A stretch of DNA of 64,000 nucleotides from Sedimentisphaeraceae bacterium JB056 (GTDB lineage: Bacteria; Planctomycetota; Phycisphaerae; Sedimentisphaerales; Sedimentisphaeraceae). The stretch covers positions 96,001 through 160,000 of the forward strand of contig JBITAJ010000018.1 of assembly GCA_044440125.1 (NCBI GenBank), given 5' to 3'. This document shows positions 48,809-58,394 of this stretch, in pieces. The first letter of the stretch is position 1. The number at the start of each line of letters is the position of its first letter. The notes under the pieces were generated by a model. That model was not told the DNA's origin and did no database searches. It saw only the letters and a program-made list of their open reading frames with translations. A program made the translations under genes and the position numbers.

Positions 48809-50455
48809 ATGTTTTGTTATCAATGTGAACAAACAGCAAAAGGACAAGGGTGTACAGTACAGGGAGTTTGTGGAAAAACTGGAGAGACCGCAGAATTGCA
48901 GGATTTGTTAGTTTATACGGCAAAGGCGGTTTCAATGTATGCTCACAGAGCGAGATTGCTTGGAGCCAAAGATTCAAAGATAGACAACTTTGTCCTTGAA
49001 GCACTCTTTACTACTGTTACCAATGTGAATTTTGATCCGGAAACGATTGAGAAGTTGATACTCTGTGGACAGGAAGGCATTCTTCGTGCAAAGAAACTCT
49101 ATGAAGACGCTGCCAGGGCTAAGGGGCAGGAACCGGAAGTTATTAATGCCCTTGAAGATTGGGATATGCCAAAGAGTTCTGAACAAATGCACAAGGAGTC
49201 TAAGGCTATTGGAATCGCGGCTAAACTTGAAGCTCTTGGCGAAGATGTAACCGGGCTTCAGGAGTTGATTACTTACGGCCTTAAGGGAATGGCTGCCTAT
49301 GCAGATCACGCGAGAGTTTTAGGGGTGACTGACGAGTCTGTTATGGCATTTTTCCATGAGGCGTTGAACTTCCTTACTGAGCATGATGCCAAAGATCCTG
49401 ACAAACTTGTTCCAATGGTGCTTAAGGTTGGTGAAGTGAATCTGAAAGTGATGGAAATGCTCGATAAGGCTAATACGGATGCATACGGACACCCCGAGCC
49501 AACTACTGTTCGTGTTACACCGGTTAAAGGCAAAGCGATACTTGTATCAGGGCACGACCTTAAGGACTTGGATCTGCTTCTTCAGCAGACAGAGGGCAAA
49601 GGGGTTAATGTGTATACTCATGGTGAGATGTTGCCGTGTCTTGCTTATCCGGGCCTTAAAAAATATAAGCATCTTGTGGGTAACTATGGAGGGGCATGGC
49701 AGGATCAGAAAAAAGAATTCGCTGAATTCCCAGGCTCTATACTTATGACAACCAACTGTATACAGAATCCCGCTAAATATATGGATAGAATATTTACTAC
49801 AGGACTTGTTCAGTGGCCTGGCGTAAAGCATATCGATGATAATAAGGATTTCACTCACGTGATAGAAGCCGCGCTTGCAGAGCCTGGTTTCACTGAAGAT
49901 GCCGAAGAAAAGCTTATAACGATAGGTTTTGCAAGAAATGCTGTTATGGGCGTAGCCGGTGATGTAATTGATGCGGTTAAGGCTGGAAAGATTAAGCATT
50001 TCTTCCTGATTGGCGGATGTGATGGCGCAAAGAGCGGTCGTAATTATTACACAGAGTTTGCTCAGGCCGTACCCGATGATTGCGTTATTCTGACACTTGC
50101 ATGCGGTAAGTATCGGTTCAACAAGCTTGATTTCGGTGATATAGGAGGTATTCCAAGACTGCTTGACTGCGGCCAATGTAATGATGCCTATTCTGCTATA
50201 CAGATTGCACTGGCTCTGTCCGATGCATTCGAATGCGGAGTTAATGACCTGCCTCTGTCTTTGATATTGAGCTGGTATGAGCAGAAAGCCGTATGTATTT
50301 TGCTGACTCTGCTTTATCTGGGAATAGAAAATATGAAACTTGGACCAACTCTACCTGCATTTGTTACGCCTGCGGTACTGAATGTTCTTGTTGAAAAATT
50401 CAAGATAGCACCGGTTACTGATCCGGAAAGCGATCTCAAGGAAATATTAGGTTAA
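48809..50455 (+). CDS. hcp: Hybrid cluster protein (hydroxylamine reductase)
   Basis: Motifs MFCYQCEQTAKGQGCTVQGVCGK, VSGHDL, YTHGEM, MTTNC, GGCDG, CGQCNDAY and SWYEQKA. Confidence 0.97.
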   Translation: MFCYQCEQTAKGQGCTVQGVCGKTGETAELQDLLVYTAKAVSMYAHRARLLGAKDSKIDNFVLEALFTTVTNVNFDPETIEKLILCGQEGILRAKKLYEDAARAKGQEPEVINALEDWDMPKSSEQMHKESKAIGIAAKLEALGEDVTGLQELITYGLKGMAAYADHARVLGVTDESVMAFFHEALNFLTEHDAKDPDKLVPMVLKVGEVNLKVMEMLDKANTDAYGHPEPTTVRVTPVKGKAILVSGHDLKDLDLLLQQTEGKGVNVYTHGEMLPCLAYPGLKKYKHLVGNYGGAWQDQKKEFAEFPGSILMTTNCIQNPAKYMDRIFTTGLVQWPGVKHIDDNKDFTHVIEAALAEPGFTEDAEEKLITIGFARNAVMGVAGDVIDAVKAGKIKHFFLIGGCDGAKSGRNYYTEFAQAVPDDCVILTLACGKYRFNKLDFGDIGGIPRLLDCGQCNDAYSAIQIALALSDAFECGVNDLPLSLILSWYEQKAVCILLTLLYLGIENMKLGPTLPAFVTPAVLNVLVEKFKIAPVTDPESDLKEILG

Positions 50456-50475
50456 TAAAAGCACACTCTACTACG

Positions 50476-50508
50476 AAAGCGGCGGTCTTCAAGGCTGTCG
50501 CTTTTTTT
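50476..50508 (+). terminator. Terminator after hcp
   Basis: AAAGCGGCGG...CTGTCGCTTTTTTT. Confidence 0.75.
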
Positions 50509-50517
50509 GTGAATCAG

Positions 50518-50615
50518 TTTTTAGTTAGAGCTAAAAAAGTAATGGGGTGGTTAATGGTTTATTATTCTTATTGAAAAAATATTGCATAGTGTTATAATTT
50601 TAGCTTTAGCTAAAA
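50518..50615 (+). promoter_or_regulatory. Two TTTTAG-N6-CTAAAA palindromes (DtxR/MntR-type boxes) and an extended -10 promoter of dtxR-feoB
   Basis: Boxes at 50518-50537 and 50598-50615; TTGAAA(50571)-16-TATAAT(50593) with a TGn extension. Confidence 0.78.
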
Positions 50616-50638
50616 AACTTATTTGTGAAAGGGAAGAA

Positions 50639-51073
50639 ATGGCAAAGAATACTGATATGGTATTGACTCCAGGTCTTGAGGATTATCTTGAGGCTATATT
50701 TATGATTGAACAGGAGAAAAATGTTTCTCGTGTAAAGGACATCGCATCACGGCTCAATGTCAGAGCCGCATCTGTTACAGGTGCACTTCAGTCGCTTTCT
50801 GAGAAAGAGCTGATTAATTATACTCCCTACGAGTATATAACACTTACAGAAGCTGGTAAGTATGAAGCAAAGAAAGTTGTAAGAAGGCATAGATTTCTCA
50901 AGCAGTTTTTTGTTGAAATTCTTGGTATAGATGAAGATGTCGCAGATGAGGGGGCATGTAATGTGGAACATACAATTCCTAAAATCATAATGGAACGCAT
51001 GGTCGACTTTATGGATTTTGTTGAGAAGAATAATCTGAACGACGTATTCGATAAGTTCAAGGCCCAGCATTAA
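50639..51073 (+). CDS. DtxR/MntR family metal-dependent repressor (no FeoA/SH3 domain)
   Basis: Motifs LEDYLEAI, RVKDIASRLNV.AASVT, LTEAG, RRHRFL and ACNVEH; start moved to ATG 50639. Confidence 0.93.
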   Translation: MAKNTDMVLTPGLEDYLEAIFMIEQEKNVSRVKDIASRLNVRAASVTGALQSLSEKELINYTPYEYITLTEAGKYEAKKVVRRHRFLKQFFVEILGIDEDVADEGACNVEHTIPKIIMERMVDFMDFVEKNNLNDVFDKFKAQH

Positions 51074-51111
51074 TGCTTTACGATTAATTTTTTTTCTTCG
51101 GATTTTCATCA

Positions 51112-53172
51112 ATGAATAAAAAAATCACAATAGCGTTTGCCGGAAACCCTAACAGTGGCAAAACGACTCTTTTCAATGCTTTGACTGGGGCAAGGCAGCA
51201 GGTGGGCAATTATCCAGGTGTTACGGTTGAAAAAAAGGAAGGCAAACTAAATTATAAAGATTATGAAATAAAGATTGTTGATCTTCCTGGTATCTATAGC
51301 CTTACCGCATATTCTATTGAGGAGATAGTATCAAGAGATTTTATTATAAAAAACAAGCCTGATCTGGTTGTGAATATAATAGATTCATCTAATATTGAAC
51401 GAAATTTATATCTTACGACTCAGCTTATTGAAATGAAGGTGCCTCTATTGCTTGCATTCAATATGTATGATGTTGCAAAGAATAGAGGGTTGACATTTGA
51501 TACCCGTCAGCTTTCACGTTTCCTGAATGCTCCTATCGTTAATACCGTAGGCAGTAAAGGCCAGGGGCTTGACGAGCTTCTTGAGAGCATTGTTGATATG
51601 ATTGATAAGCAGGGCGGCTCACCTCTTTGCATGCTGAATTACGGAAGTGAGATAGAGGGCAGAATAACGGAGATTGCTGCTGCTATAGAGGCGAGTTGTA
51701 AAGATATTGTCATATCGCCGAGATGGATGGCTATAAAACTGCTTGAGCAGGATAGCGAGATTGTTAAGCTTAATATCCCGGAGGCAGTACGTAAAGAAGT
51801 AGACTTGGGATTGAAGCATATTAAAAAAGTATATGGTGATGATGCTGAGATTCTGATTGCCGACAGACGTTATGGTTTTATTTCAGGTGCCTGCGAAGAG
51901 ACTGTTCACAATACTGTCGAAAGACGCCATGATATAAGCGATATGGTTGATACTTTTATACTAAATAAAGTATTCGGTCTGCCCATATTCCTTTTACTGA
52001 TGTATGTTACCTTTAAGCTCACATTCTGGGCCGGTGAACCTTTTATGGGCGGCATAGAGTTGTTATTTAGCTGGCTCGCGAATCTTATATCAGGTTTCTG
52101 GCCTGCCGGCAGCGACAGTGTATTAAGATCACTCATTATTGACGGCATAATAGGCGGCGTTGGCGGAGTTATTGTGTTCTTGCCGAACATTATGTTCCTG
52201 TTCCTCGCGATATCCGTACTTGAGGACACCGGCTATATGGCAAGGGCGGCTTTTGTTATGGATCGGATTATGCACAAAATAGGGCTTCACGGCAAAAGCT
52301 TCATACCGATGCTTATTGGATTTGGTTGTTCGGTACCCGCTATAATGGCGACAAGGATACTTGAAAACCGACGAAACAGGCTTACTACAATGATGGTGGT
52401 GCCTCTGATGAGCTGCGGAGCAAGGTTTCCGATATACGCTCTGATAATACCTGCATTCTTCCCTGCAAAACTGCATGGCTTGATGATGTGCCTGATATAT
52501 TTTATTGGTATCCTGCTTGCCATAGTTTGTGCTTTCCTGCTTCGTAAAACTGTATTCAAAGGTGAAACTGTTCCATTCGTTATGGAACTGCCGCCATATC
52601 GCATGCCGACGGTAAAAGGATTGCTGTTGCATGTATGGGAAAGAAGCTGGCTTTATCTAAAGAAGGCCGGAACAGTTATTCTCGGCATATCTATCGTATT
52701 GTGGGCTTTGTCGAGTTATCCAAAACTGCCCGAACAAAAGGCTCAGGGATTGACTGCGGAGCAATTGAATTCAAAGGAGCTCGAGTATTCCATAGCTGGA
52801 AAAATAGGAAACGCGATGGAACCGGTAATAAAGCCTATAGGATTTGACAGCAGAATCGGTACTGCACTAATAGGCGCTCTTGCGGCAAAAGAGGTGTTTG
52901 TTGCGCAGATGGGTATCGTGTTTTCTCTTGGAGAGGCCGATGAAGGTTCCGAGGCGCTTAGAAAAAAACTTAAAGAGGCTTATACGCCTTTGCAAGGTTT
53001 TTGTGTAATGCTGTTTTGTCTGATCAGTGCTCCTTGTGTAGGAACCGTTGCTGTTTGTATGAGGGAAAGCGGTTCGTGGAAATGGGCACTGTTCCAGTTT
53101 TCAATGCTGACTTTTGTAGCGTATGTCATAACATTCGCAGTTTACCAAATTGGTACTGCAATATGGTATTGA
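51112..53172 (+). CDS. feoB: Ferrous iron transporter FeoB
   Basis: Motifs GNPNSGKT, VGNYPGVTVE, DLPGIYSL, LEDTGYMARAAF, GFGCSVPA and FVMELPPY. Confidence 0.97.
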   Translation: MNKKITIAFAGNPNSGKTTLFNALTGARQQVGNYPGVTVEKKEGKLNYKDYEIKIVDLPGIYSLTAYSIEEIVSRDFIIKNKPDLVVNIIDSSNIERNLYLTTQLIEMKVPLLLAFNMYDVAKNRGLTFDTRQLSRFLNAPIVNTVGSKGQGLDELLESIVDMIDKQGGSPLCMLNYGSEIEGRITEIAAAIEASCKDIVISPRWMAIKLLEQDSEIVKLNIPEAVRKEVDLGLKHIKKVYGDDAEILIADRRYGFISGACEETVHNTVERRHDISDMVDTFILNKVFGLPIFLLLMYVTFKLTFWAGEPFMGGIELLFSWLANLISGFWPAGSDSVLRSLIIDGIIGGVGGVIVFLPNIMFLFLAISVLEDTGYMARAAFVMDRIMHKIGLHGKSFIPMLIGFGCSVPAIMATRILENRRNRLTTMMVVPLMSCGARFPIYALIIPAFFPAKLHGLMMCLIYFIGILLAIVCAFLLRKTVFKGETVPFVMELPPYRMPTVKGLLLHVWERSWLYLKKAGTVILGISIVLWALSSYPKLPEQKAQGLTAEQLNSKELEYSIAGKIGNAMEPVIKPIGFDSRIGTALIGALAAKEVFVAQMGIVFSLGEADEGSEALRKKLKEAYTPLQGFCVMLFCLISAPCVGTVAVCMRESGSWKWALFQFSMLTFVAYVITFAVYQIGTAIWY

Positions 53173-53180
53173 TTGAAGTT

Positions 53181-53230
53181 TGCGGGTCTCTTTCTGTGTG
53201 CTGTAAAGTAGAGACGAAAAGAGACCCGTA
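53181..53230. terminator. Hairpin terminator between convergent feoB and gldA
   Basis: TGCGGGTCTCTTT...AAAGAGACCCGTA followed by ATTTTTG. Confidence 0.65.
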
Positions 53231-53238
53231 ATTTTTGT

Positions 53239-54330
53239 TTATAGAATTTCGCCGAGTTTGTCTGCTGTTACTATTGCGGCGTATACATCATCTGCTGTTA
53301 CTTTGAACGGCATGTTATGAATGGTTTCGCCTTCTGCTGTAGCTGCTTTGGCTACTGCCCTAAGCTTTTCTTCGCTGACTTTGCCGGCATTAAGATCCGA
53401 TAGTGTTGTCGGCAACCCTACACTTTTGCAGAATTGCACTACTTCCCGTATTTCCTCAAGAGGAGCGTTTTCCAGAGCAAGCTGAGTAATGGTTCCGAAG
53501 GCTACTTTCTCACCATGAGTACGGTCGTGACATTCTGAAAGCACAGTTAACCCATTATGGATTGCATGAGCGGCAGCCAATCCGCCGCTTTCAAAACCAA
53601 TGCCACTGAGGAAAGTGTTTGCCTCTATGATCTTCTCTACAGCCGCGTTGGATACTTTGCTTTCTGCCGCGAGCTTGGCTTTCAGTCCATCGGAAATTAG
53701 AGTCCGGTAACATAACTCAGCTAAAGCCATAGCTGTTTCAGTTGCCTTTGCTCCAGCCATTGTATCAGCGTTTGCGCGGTATGACGCACGTGCCTCAAAA
53801 TAGGTTGCCATTGCATCGCCCATTCCTGACACAAGAAGCCGAACCGGTGCGGCAGCAATTATTTGCGTGTCCATCAGTACAACAGCCGGGTTTGTAGGCA
53901 GAATAAGATATCGATCAAAGATTCCATCATCTGTATATAGAACCGACAGTGCCGAACAGGGCGCATCTGTCGATGCAATCGTTGGGACGATTATTACAGG
54001 TCTCTTCATATAGTAGCCCATTGCTTTTGCGGTATCGAGCGTTTTGCCGCCGCCAACGCCTATTATTACATCACAACCACTATTTCCGGCAAGCTTGCGT
54101 AATCTCTAGACTTCGTTTTTTGAGCATTCCCCATTGAACAATTCCGGAATGAATTCTGTGTTGGTTGCCGCGTAGCTTTCTTTGATGGTATCCTTGGTCA
54201 TATTCATGACAAATGAATCGGCAATGATAAATGGTTTTTCACCAAAGTTGCGTGAGTAGTTTTCCAGTTTTCCAAGTTCTCCGGGGCCTTGGACGTATTT
54301 ACTGGGACTGCTTATGATTTTTGTTGCCAT
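53239..54330 (-). pseudogene. gldA: Glycerol dehydrogenase interrupted by a single in-frame TAG at 54108-54106
   Basis: ORFs 54106-54330 and 53239-54021 are in the same frame. Read-through gives [53 protein letters not shown] and the Zn-ligand motifs [11 protein letters not shown] and HGEKV are intact. Confidence 0.88.
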
Positions 54331-54637
54331 ATACTTCTCCTATGATTAAAGTTTCATCCAATTACGTTGTCTACGTTTTTTTTGCTATTGAAATTGGCTC
54401 TCCTTTAATTGTATACCTAATTATGATTGTAAATCATAGCTTCTAAAAGTCAATATAATAATTAGTAACAGCTGTTCTATTGGTCGAAATTGCAGGTTTT
54501 AAGGCAGTAGTCCAGTTTGCATGTATTTTTAGTGAGGCACCAGTGTTAATTATTTAATTGACAAATGTGAGTATTTTGCTAAACTGACTTATGTTGGATT
54601 TGGTGATAAATTATATTAATAGAAGAAAGGGAAAGCA

Positions 54638-54931
54638 ATGATGTTAAGGAATTTGTTGATCGTTTGTACTATCGCTATGGCAGCTCTCATGATTGGCTGC
54701 AAGAAAGAGGATTCTACCCCAAGTACATCTGGTGGTGAAGAATCATCATTGATGAAGATGGCTGATGAGGCAGGCGACGCTGCTGGAGAAGCCATGGAAG
54801 AAACAAAGGACGTGGCAGAAGAAGCTATGGATGAAGCAAAAGATGCGGCGGAAGAGATGAAGACTGACGCTCAGAAGATGGTTTGCCCTAAATGCAGCAT
54901 GCCTAAAGATCAGTGCAAATGTACTGAGTAA
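54638..54931 (+). CDS. Small lipoprotein with acidic 11-mer repeats and C-terminal CxxC-x5-CxC
   Basis: Lipobox LMIGC; own promoter TTGACA(54558)-16-TAAACT, RBS and terminator. Confidence 0.8.
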   Translation: MMLRNLLIVCTIAMAALMIGCKKEDSTPSTSGGEESSLMKMADEAGDAAGEAMEETKDVAEEAMDEAKDAAEEMKTDAQKMVCPKCSMPKDQCKCTE

Positions 54932-54950
54932 ACATTTTGAATATGATACT

Positions 54951-54992
54951 ATAAAGGGCCGGAATGATTTGTTCATCCGGCCCTTTATTTTT
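54951..54992. terminator. Bidirectional terminator
   Basis: ATAAAGGGCCGGA...TCCGGCCCTTTATTTTT. Confidence 0.85.
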
Positions 54993-56251
54993 TAGGTATA
55001 TTTTTCTGAGAGTCTTGCTGCAATAGCGGCGTAATCCCATAAGCGTTTAGGTTCATAACGAACCGTGGAAATATCCTTTAATATTACTTCAACATGGCAC
55101 CCCTTTGTTCTTTCAAGGATATCCGAGAGCTCTTTTTCTACTCTTGTCGAATCCCATTGGCTCTCAGCCATAAAAGCCGGATTGAACTTATACGAGAACA
55201 CGTAATCGGTTCCCATTTGCTTTGCGGCGTTATCAACATCAATCCAGGGACTCATTGATATCTTACGCAGATTTGGGATATTACGCAGTACATCAATCTT
55301 TTTGTCAAGTGGTTCACAGCAGCCGTAATAGTTCATCCCCCATTTTTCAAGCCAGCGTAGATCATGTTTAACGGCGAATTCCCAATGCATCTCAGGCGAA
55401 ATCTCTGAGAATATCTGTGCATTTGAGCATCCCCAGAGCTGTTTTGTTTTGGCCTGCGGCCAGTCCGGTTCGCCGCTGGCTAACTCGCTCGTATATGCGT
55501 AGCCGCCTGAGCCTACGCGATGATTTGTATTGTCGAGTGTTAGAAGGCCAAGCCTCTCGTATTGATCTATACGGTGGATATAATTATCGACCATTCGTTC
55601 TACCGCGGCATGTACCATTTCGGGACGAAGTACCATGTCCATCATTGCTTGCTCAACACCCCACCAGCGGATGAGCATATCCCATGGAGTATACCACAGC
55701 CAGCTTATGCCTTCTTTTCTGACGGGTATTATACCATCGAATATTTTCTTCATACAGTTATAATTTTCTTCAGTCTGATCGCTATGATGTATCACCTCAG
55801 GCATAGTGATCTTTTCTATGTCCTCCGGGTTAGTGATTTGTACGTTGAAGTGACGTGAAACCACATTGCTTTCCGGGTCTGTGCCTACAGTTTCGACATT
55901 TTCAATTATTCCAAACTGGGGGTCTTCTATAACCATAGGGCAGCTTATGTAATTGGCTATTACCATATCGCATGGCATGTGCTTCCATTGATATATTTCG
56001 CGAAGGAGTTTTGTTTCGAGATTGCGAGCCCAATCATTCTGGCATTGATTGGTAAGCTCATCATTATAGTTCACTTCATGCCAGGGTACTTCATCCATCC
56101 ATAGCAGTGGACGGGTGCCTTTTTTGTCGTTTAGGTTAGTCCAGAGCTGTGCCTTTTTCTTTTGAATATCAAGAGCGGCTATCTCTGCCTTCTTTTCGCC
56201 AAGAGAGCGTAGTACATCAATATCTGTTTGTGGTAAGTTTTTATATTCCAT
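54992..56251 (-). CDS. URO-D/MtaA-CmuA superfamily protein, function unknown
   Basis: WWGVEQAMMDMVLRPEMVHAA, ISPEMHWEF and YYGCCEPLD resemble the URO-D-like TIM barrel; tandem with a clear family member. Confidence 0.6.
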   Translation of the reverse strand: MEYKNLPQTDIDVLRSLGEKKAEIAALDIQKKKAQLWTNLNDKKGTRPLLWMDEVPWHEVNYNDELTNQCQNDWARNLETKLLREIYQWKHMPCDMVIANYISCPMVIEDPQFGIIENVETVGTDPESNVVSRHFNVQITNPEDIEKITMPEVIHHSDQTEENYNCMKKIFDGIIPVRKEGISWLWYTPWDMLIRWWGVEQAMMDMVLRPEMVHAAVERMVDNYIHRIDQYERLGLLTLDNTNHRVGSGGYAYTSELASGEPDWPQAKTKQLWGCSNAQIFSEISPEMHWEFAVKHDLRWLEKWGMNYYGCCEPLDKKIDVLRNIPNLRKISMSPWIDVDNAAKQMGTDYVFSYKFNPAFMAESQWDSTRVEKELSDILERTKGCHVEVILKDISTVRYEPKRLWDYAAIAARLSEKYT

Positions 56252-56269
56252 TTGGTTGGTTTCCAGGAT

Positions 56270-57382
56270 TTAGTAATAGCATTTTTTTGCTTCATCAACG
56301 AACGCTTGTATATTATCAGGGCTGCCGTTAAAGAAATGATCAGATGGACTCACGATATAACCGCCGTGATCCTTTGTCGCCTCAAAGCACTCTCTCACGA
56401 GTCTGCGGGCATCTTCGGGGTTGCCGCTTTCAAAACCGGCGTTCTGGTCGAAGCCGCCAATGAAGAAGAGTTTGTCACCCCATTTTTCTGATGCAAGAGC
56501 GAGATCACAGTCACCTCCCATTGCCGGCGGAGTCATTGTTTCAAAGCCGTCTGCTCCTGATTCAACAACCATATCGCCCATTGCCATCATTCCGCCGCAA
56601 AGATGATATACAACTTTTGTTCCAAGCTCTTGCAGTGTCTGGTTTTGTTTTTTGTCATAAGGCAGACAGAATTTCTCGAACATTGAAGGACTTATTACGG
56701 TATTGGAGCCTGCTCCGCCGCCTGTCTCTATTACATCCGAAAGCATCTGCTCTTTTGAACAAAGCGACAGTGTTCGCTGTGATTTCTCCAGAAGACTTTC
56801 GAGAGCATAATGCATCCAGCTTTCATCATCGAATGCGTTCATTATTGTTGGTTCTGTTCCCATCAGGTAACACAATGCCTGCCATGGGCTTCCTTGACCG
56901 GGATAGTAGATGTACCCGTATGTTCGTATCAGACCACGGTTGCCAAGTTTCTCTTTGTCTGCTTGAACGCCAGTGATATCAATGCCGTTTGGTACCGGCC
57001 AGTATTTGTTGAACAGCTCGAAATCTTCTTTGGTTTTGACAAGATGTTCTGTTTCATAAAATGTTATAGGATTTTTAACAAGAACTTGTGAAAGAGTGCC
57101 TTCTGGTGTAGTTATAACCTCCCGCCAGCTTATTGAATCAGGAGAGGGGGCTGGAAGCGGAGTTTTTTCAACTCTCCAGTTCGCTAGATCGCGTTGATCA
57201 AATTCATGCTTTATATGATTGTAGATTACGAAATCCATATCGAATTTTTCATAAGCCTGCCATTGATCCATGCCGTCAAGATAATTATCAAGATAGTATT
57301 GCATCCATCCATGCACCTGACAGGGCAGCCGATCGGCCTTTTCATTGTTTAGTGCATTTAGAAGTCTTTCGCGAGAAGTCAT
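56270..57382 (-). CDS. Uroporphyrinogen decarboxylase / methyltransferase-II (MtaA/CmuA) family protein
   Basis: Motifs MTSRERLLNALNNEKADRLP, TTPEGTL, ISPSMFEKFCLPY, YHLCG, FIGGFDQ and GGYIVSPSDH. Confidence 0.82.
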   Translation of the reverse strand: MTSRERLLNALNNEKADRLPCQVHGWMQYYLDNYLDGMDQWQAYEKFDMDFVIYNHIKHEFDQRDLANWRVEKTPLPAPSPDSISWREVITTPEGTLSQVLVKNPITFYETEHLVKTKEDFELFNKYWPVPNGIDITGVQADKEKLGNRGLIRTYGYIYYPGQGSPWQALCYLMGTEPTIMNAFDDESWMHYALESLLEKSQRTLSLCSKEQMLSDVIETGGGAGSNTVISPSMFEKFCLPYDKKQNQTLQELGTKVVYHLCGGMMAMGDMVVESGADGFETMTPPAMGGDCDLALASEKWGDKLFFIGGFDQNAGFESGNPEDARRLVRECFEATKDHGGYIVSPSDHFFNGSPDNIQAFVDEAKKCYY

Positions 57383-57488
57383 AATATCCCCTTTTTACGT
57401 TGTGTTTCTGTTAAAACATCGCTCAAATTTCGATAATAGTATTTTATCAGCTTTAAACCTTGATTAAATGAATTATAATAGCTAAAAT

Positions 57489-58346
57489 ATGTACAATATT
57501 ATCTTGATTGATTCTGATGAACTTACGCGTAGTATAATTATGGATTTATCTGTTGATATAAAATTAACGACGGGTGGGCAGAGTTTCTGCGGAAGCTGGT
57601 GGAATATGCAGGCCGGTGCTATTGACCTTTGCTTTAAGCTTTACTATGTCAAAAGCGGCGTGGGGTGGATGGTATTCGGCGATGAGGTTTGTGAAATTAA
57701 AGGCGGAAACTTTTACTTCATAAACGGTTATAAGCTGTCACAACAGTGGAGTGAGCAATTGATGGATATTTATTGGGTTCACTTTATTCCATGGGCTATA
57801 AATCCGAGTGTTATATATTCGCCTCTTCCTGCATTCCATCAATGGAAAGCAGAAGATATTGATACAGAGTCATTTGAGGCGGGAGTAAAAGGCGTTTATT
57901 GTGATAATCTGTCAGGTCTTGCTGGGATTGGTGCAGATTTCAGGGTTCGCAGCACGGCTAATTTTGTACTTGCTGAACTTTTGGATGGGTGCAGCGAAGG
58001 TGAGTATCGTGAGTGGTCGGCGGCATTTAGCCGTATAAAACCTGCCATTGAACATATGGATAAGTATTTTATTGATAATACGCCACTTGAAAATCTTGCT
58101 GAAATCGCTAATCTTACACCTAACTATTTTCATAGGGCATGCAAAAAGATACTTGGCGTTACCCCGTATGAGTATATGCTTAAAAAAAGGCTGAACAAAG
58201 CCAAGCACTTGCTCACAACGACCGACTTGCCGATATCTCAGGTAGCCGAGCTTACAGGCTATGAGAATAGTTACTATTTTTCGAGAACGTTTCGTAAAAA
58301 TACAGGGAAAACACCTTCGCAGATTAGGAAGGACAGTCCGGTTTAG
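57489..58346 (+). CDS. AraC family transcriptional regulator (start may be ATG 57540)
   Basis: C-terminal LAEIANLTPNYFHR...AKHLLTTTDLPISQVAELTGYENSYYFSRTFRK; N-terminal cupin-like domain. Confidence 0.93.
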   Translation: MYNIILIDSDELTRSIIMDLSVDIKLTTGGQSFCGSWWNMQAGAIDLCFKLYYVKSGVGWMVFGDEVCEIKGGNFYFINGYKLSQQWSEQLMDIYWVHFIPWAINPSVIYSPLPAFHQWKAEDIDTESFEAGVKGVYCDNLSGLAGIGADFRVRSTANFVLAELLDGCSEGEYREWSAAFSRIKPAIEHMDKYFIDNTPLENLAEIANLTPNYFHRACKKILGVTPYEYMLKKRLNKAKHLLTTTDLPISQVAELTGYENSYYFSRTFRKNTGKTPSQIRKDSPV

Positions 58347-58394
58347 AGTTAAAATGATAAAGCAGTTATCAAAATTAAAACAGGAGATGATATC

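Noticed and set aside
49547..50176. 209-aa ORF antisense to hcp, and the many other 60-170-aa overlapping ORFs in the track
   Set aside because: They lie within or opposite well-supported genes and lack motifs or translation signals.
54106..54108. Genome-wide TAG reassignment
   Set aside because: TAG ends many genes at their expected C-termini (e.g. 9813, cheA at 11822, 33845, 34352, 48751, 58346, 61581).
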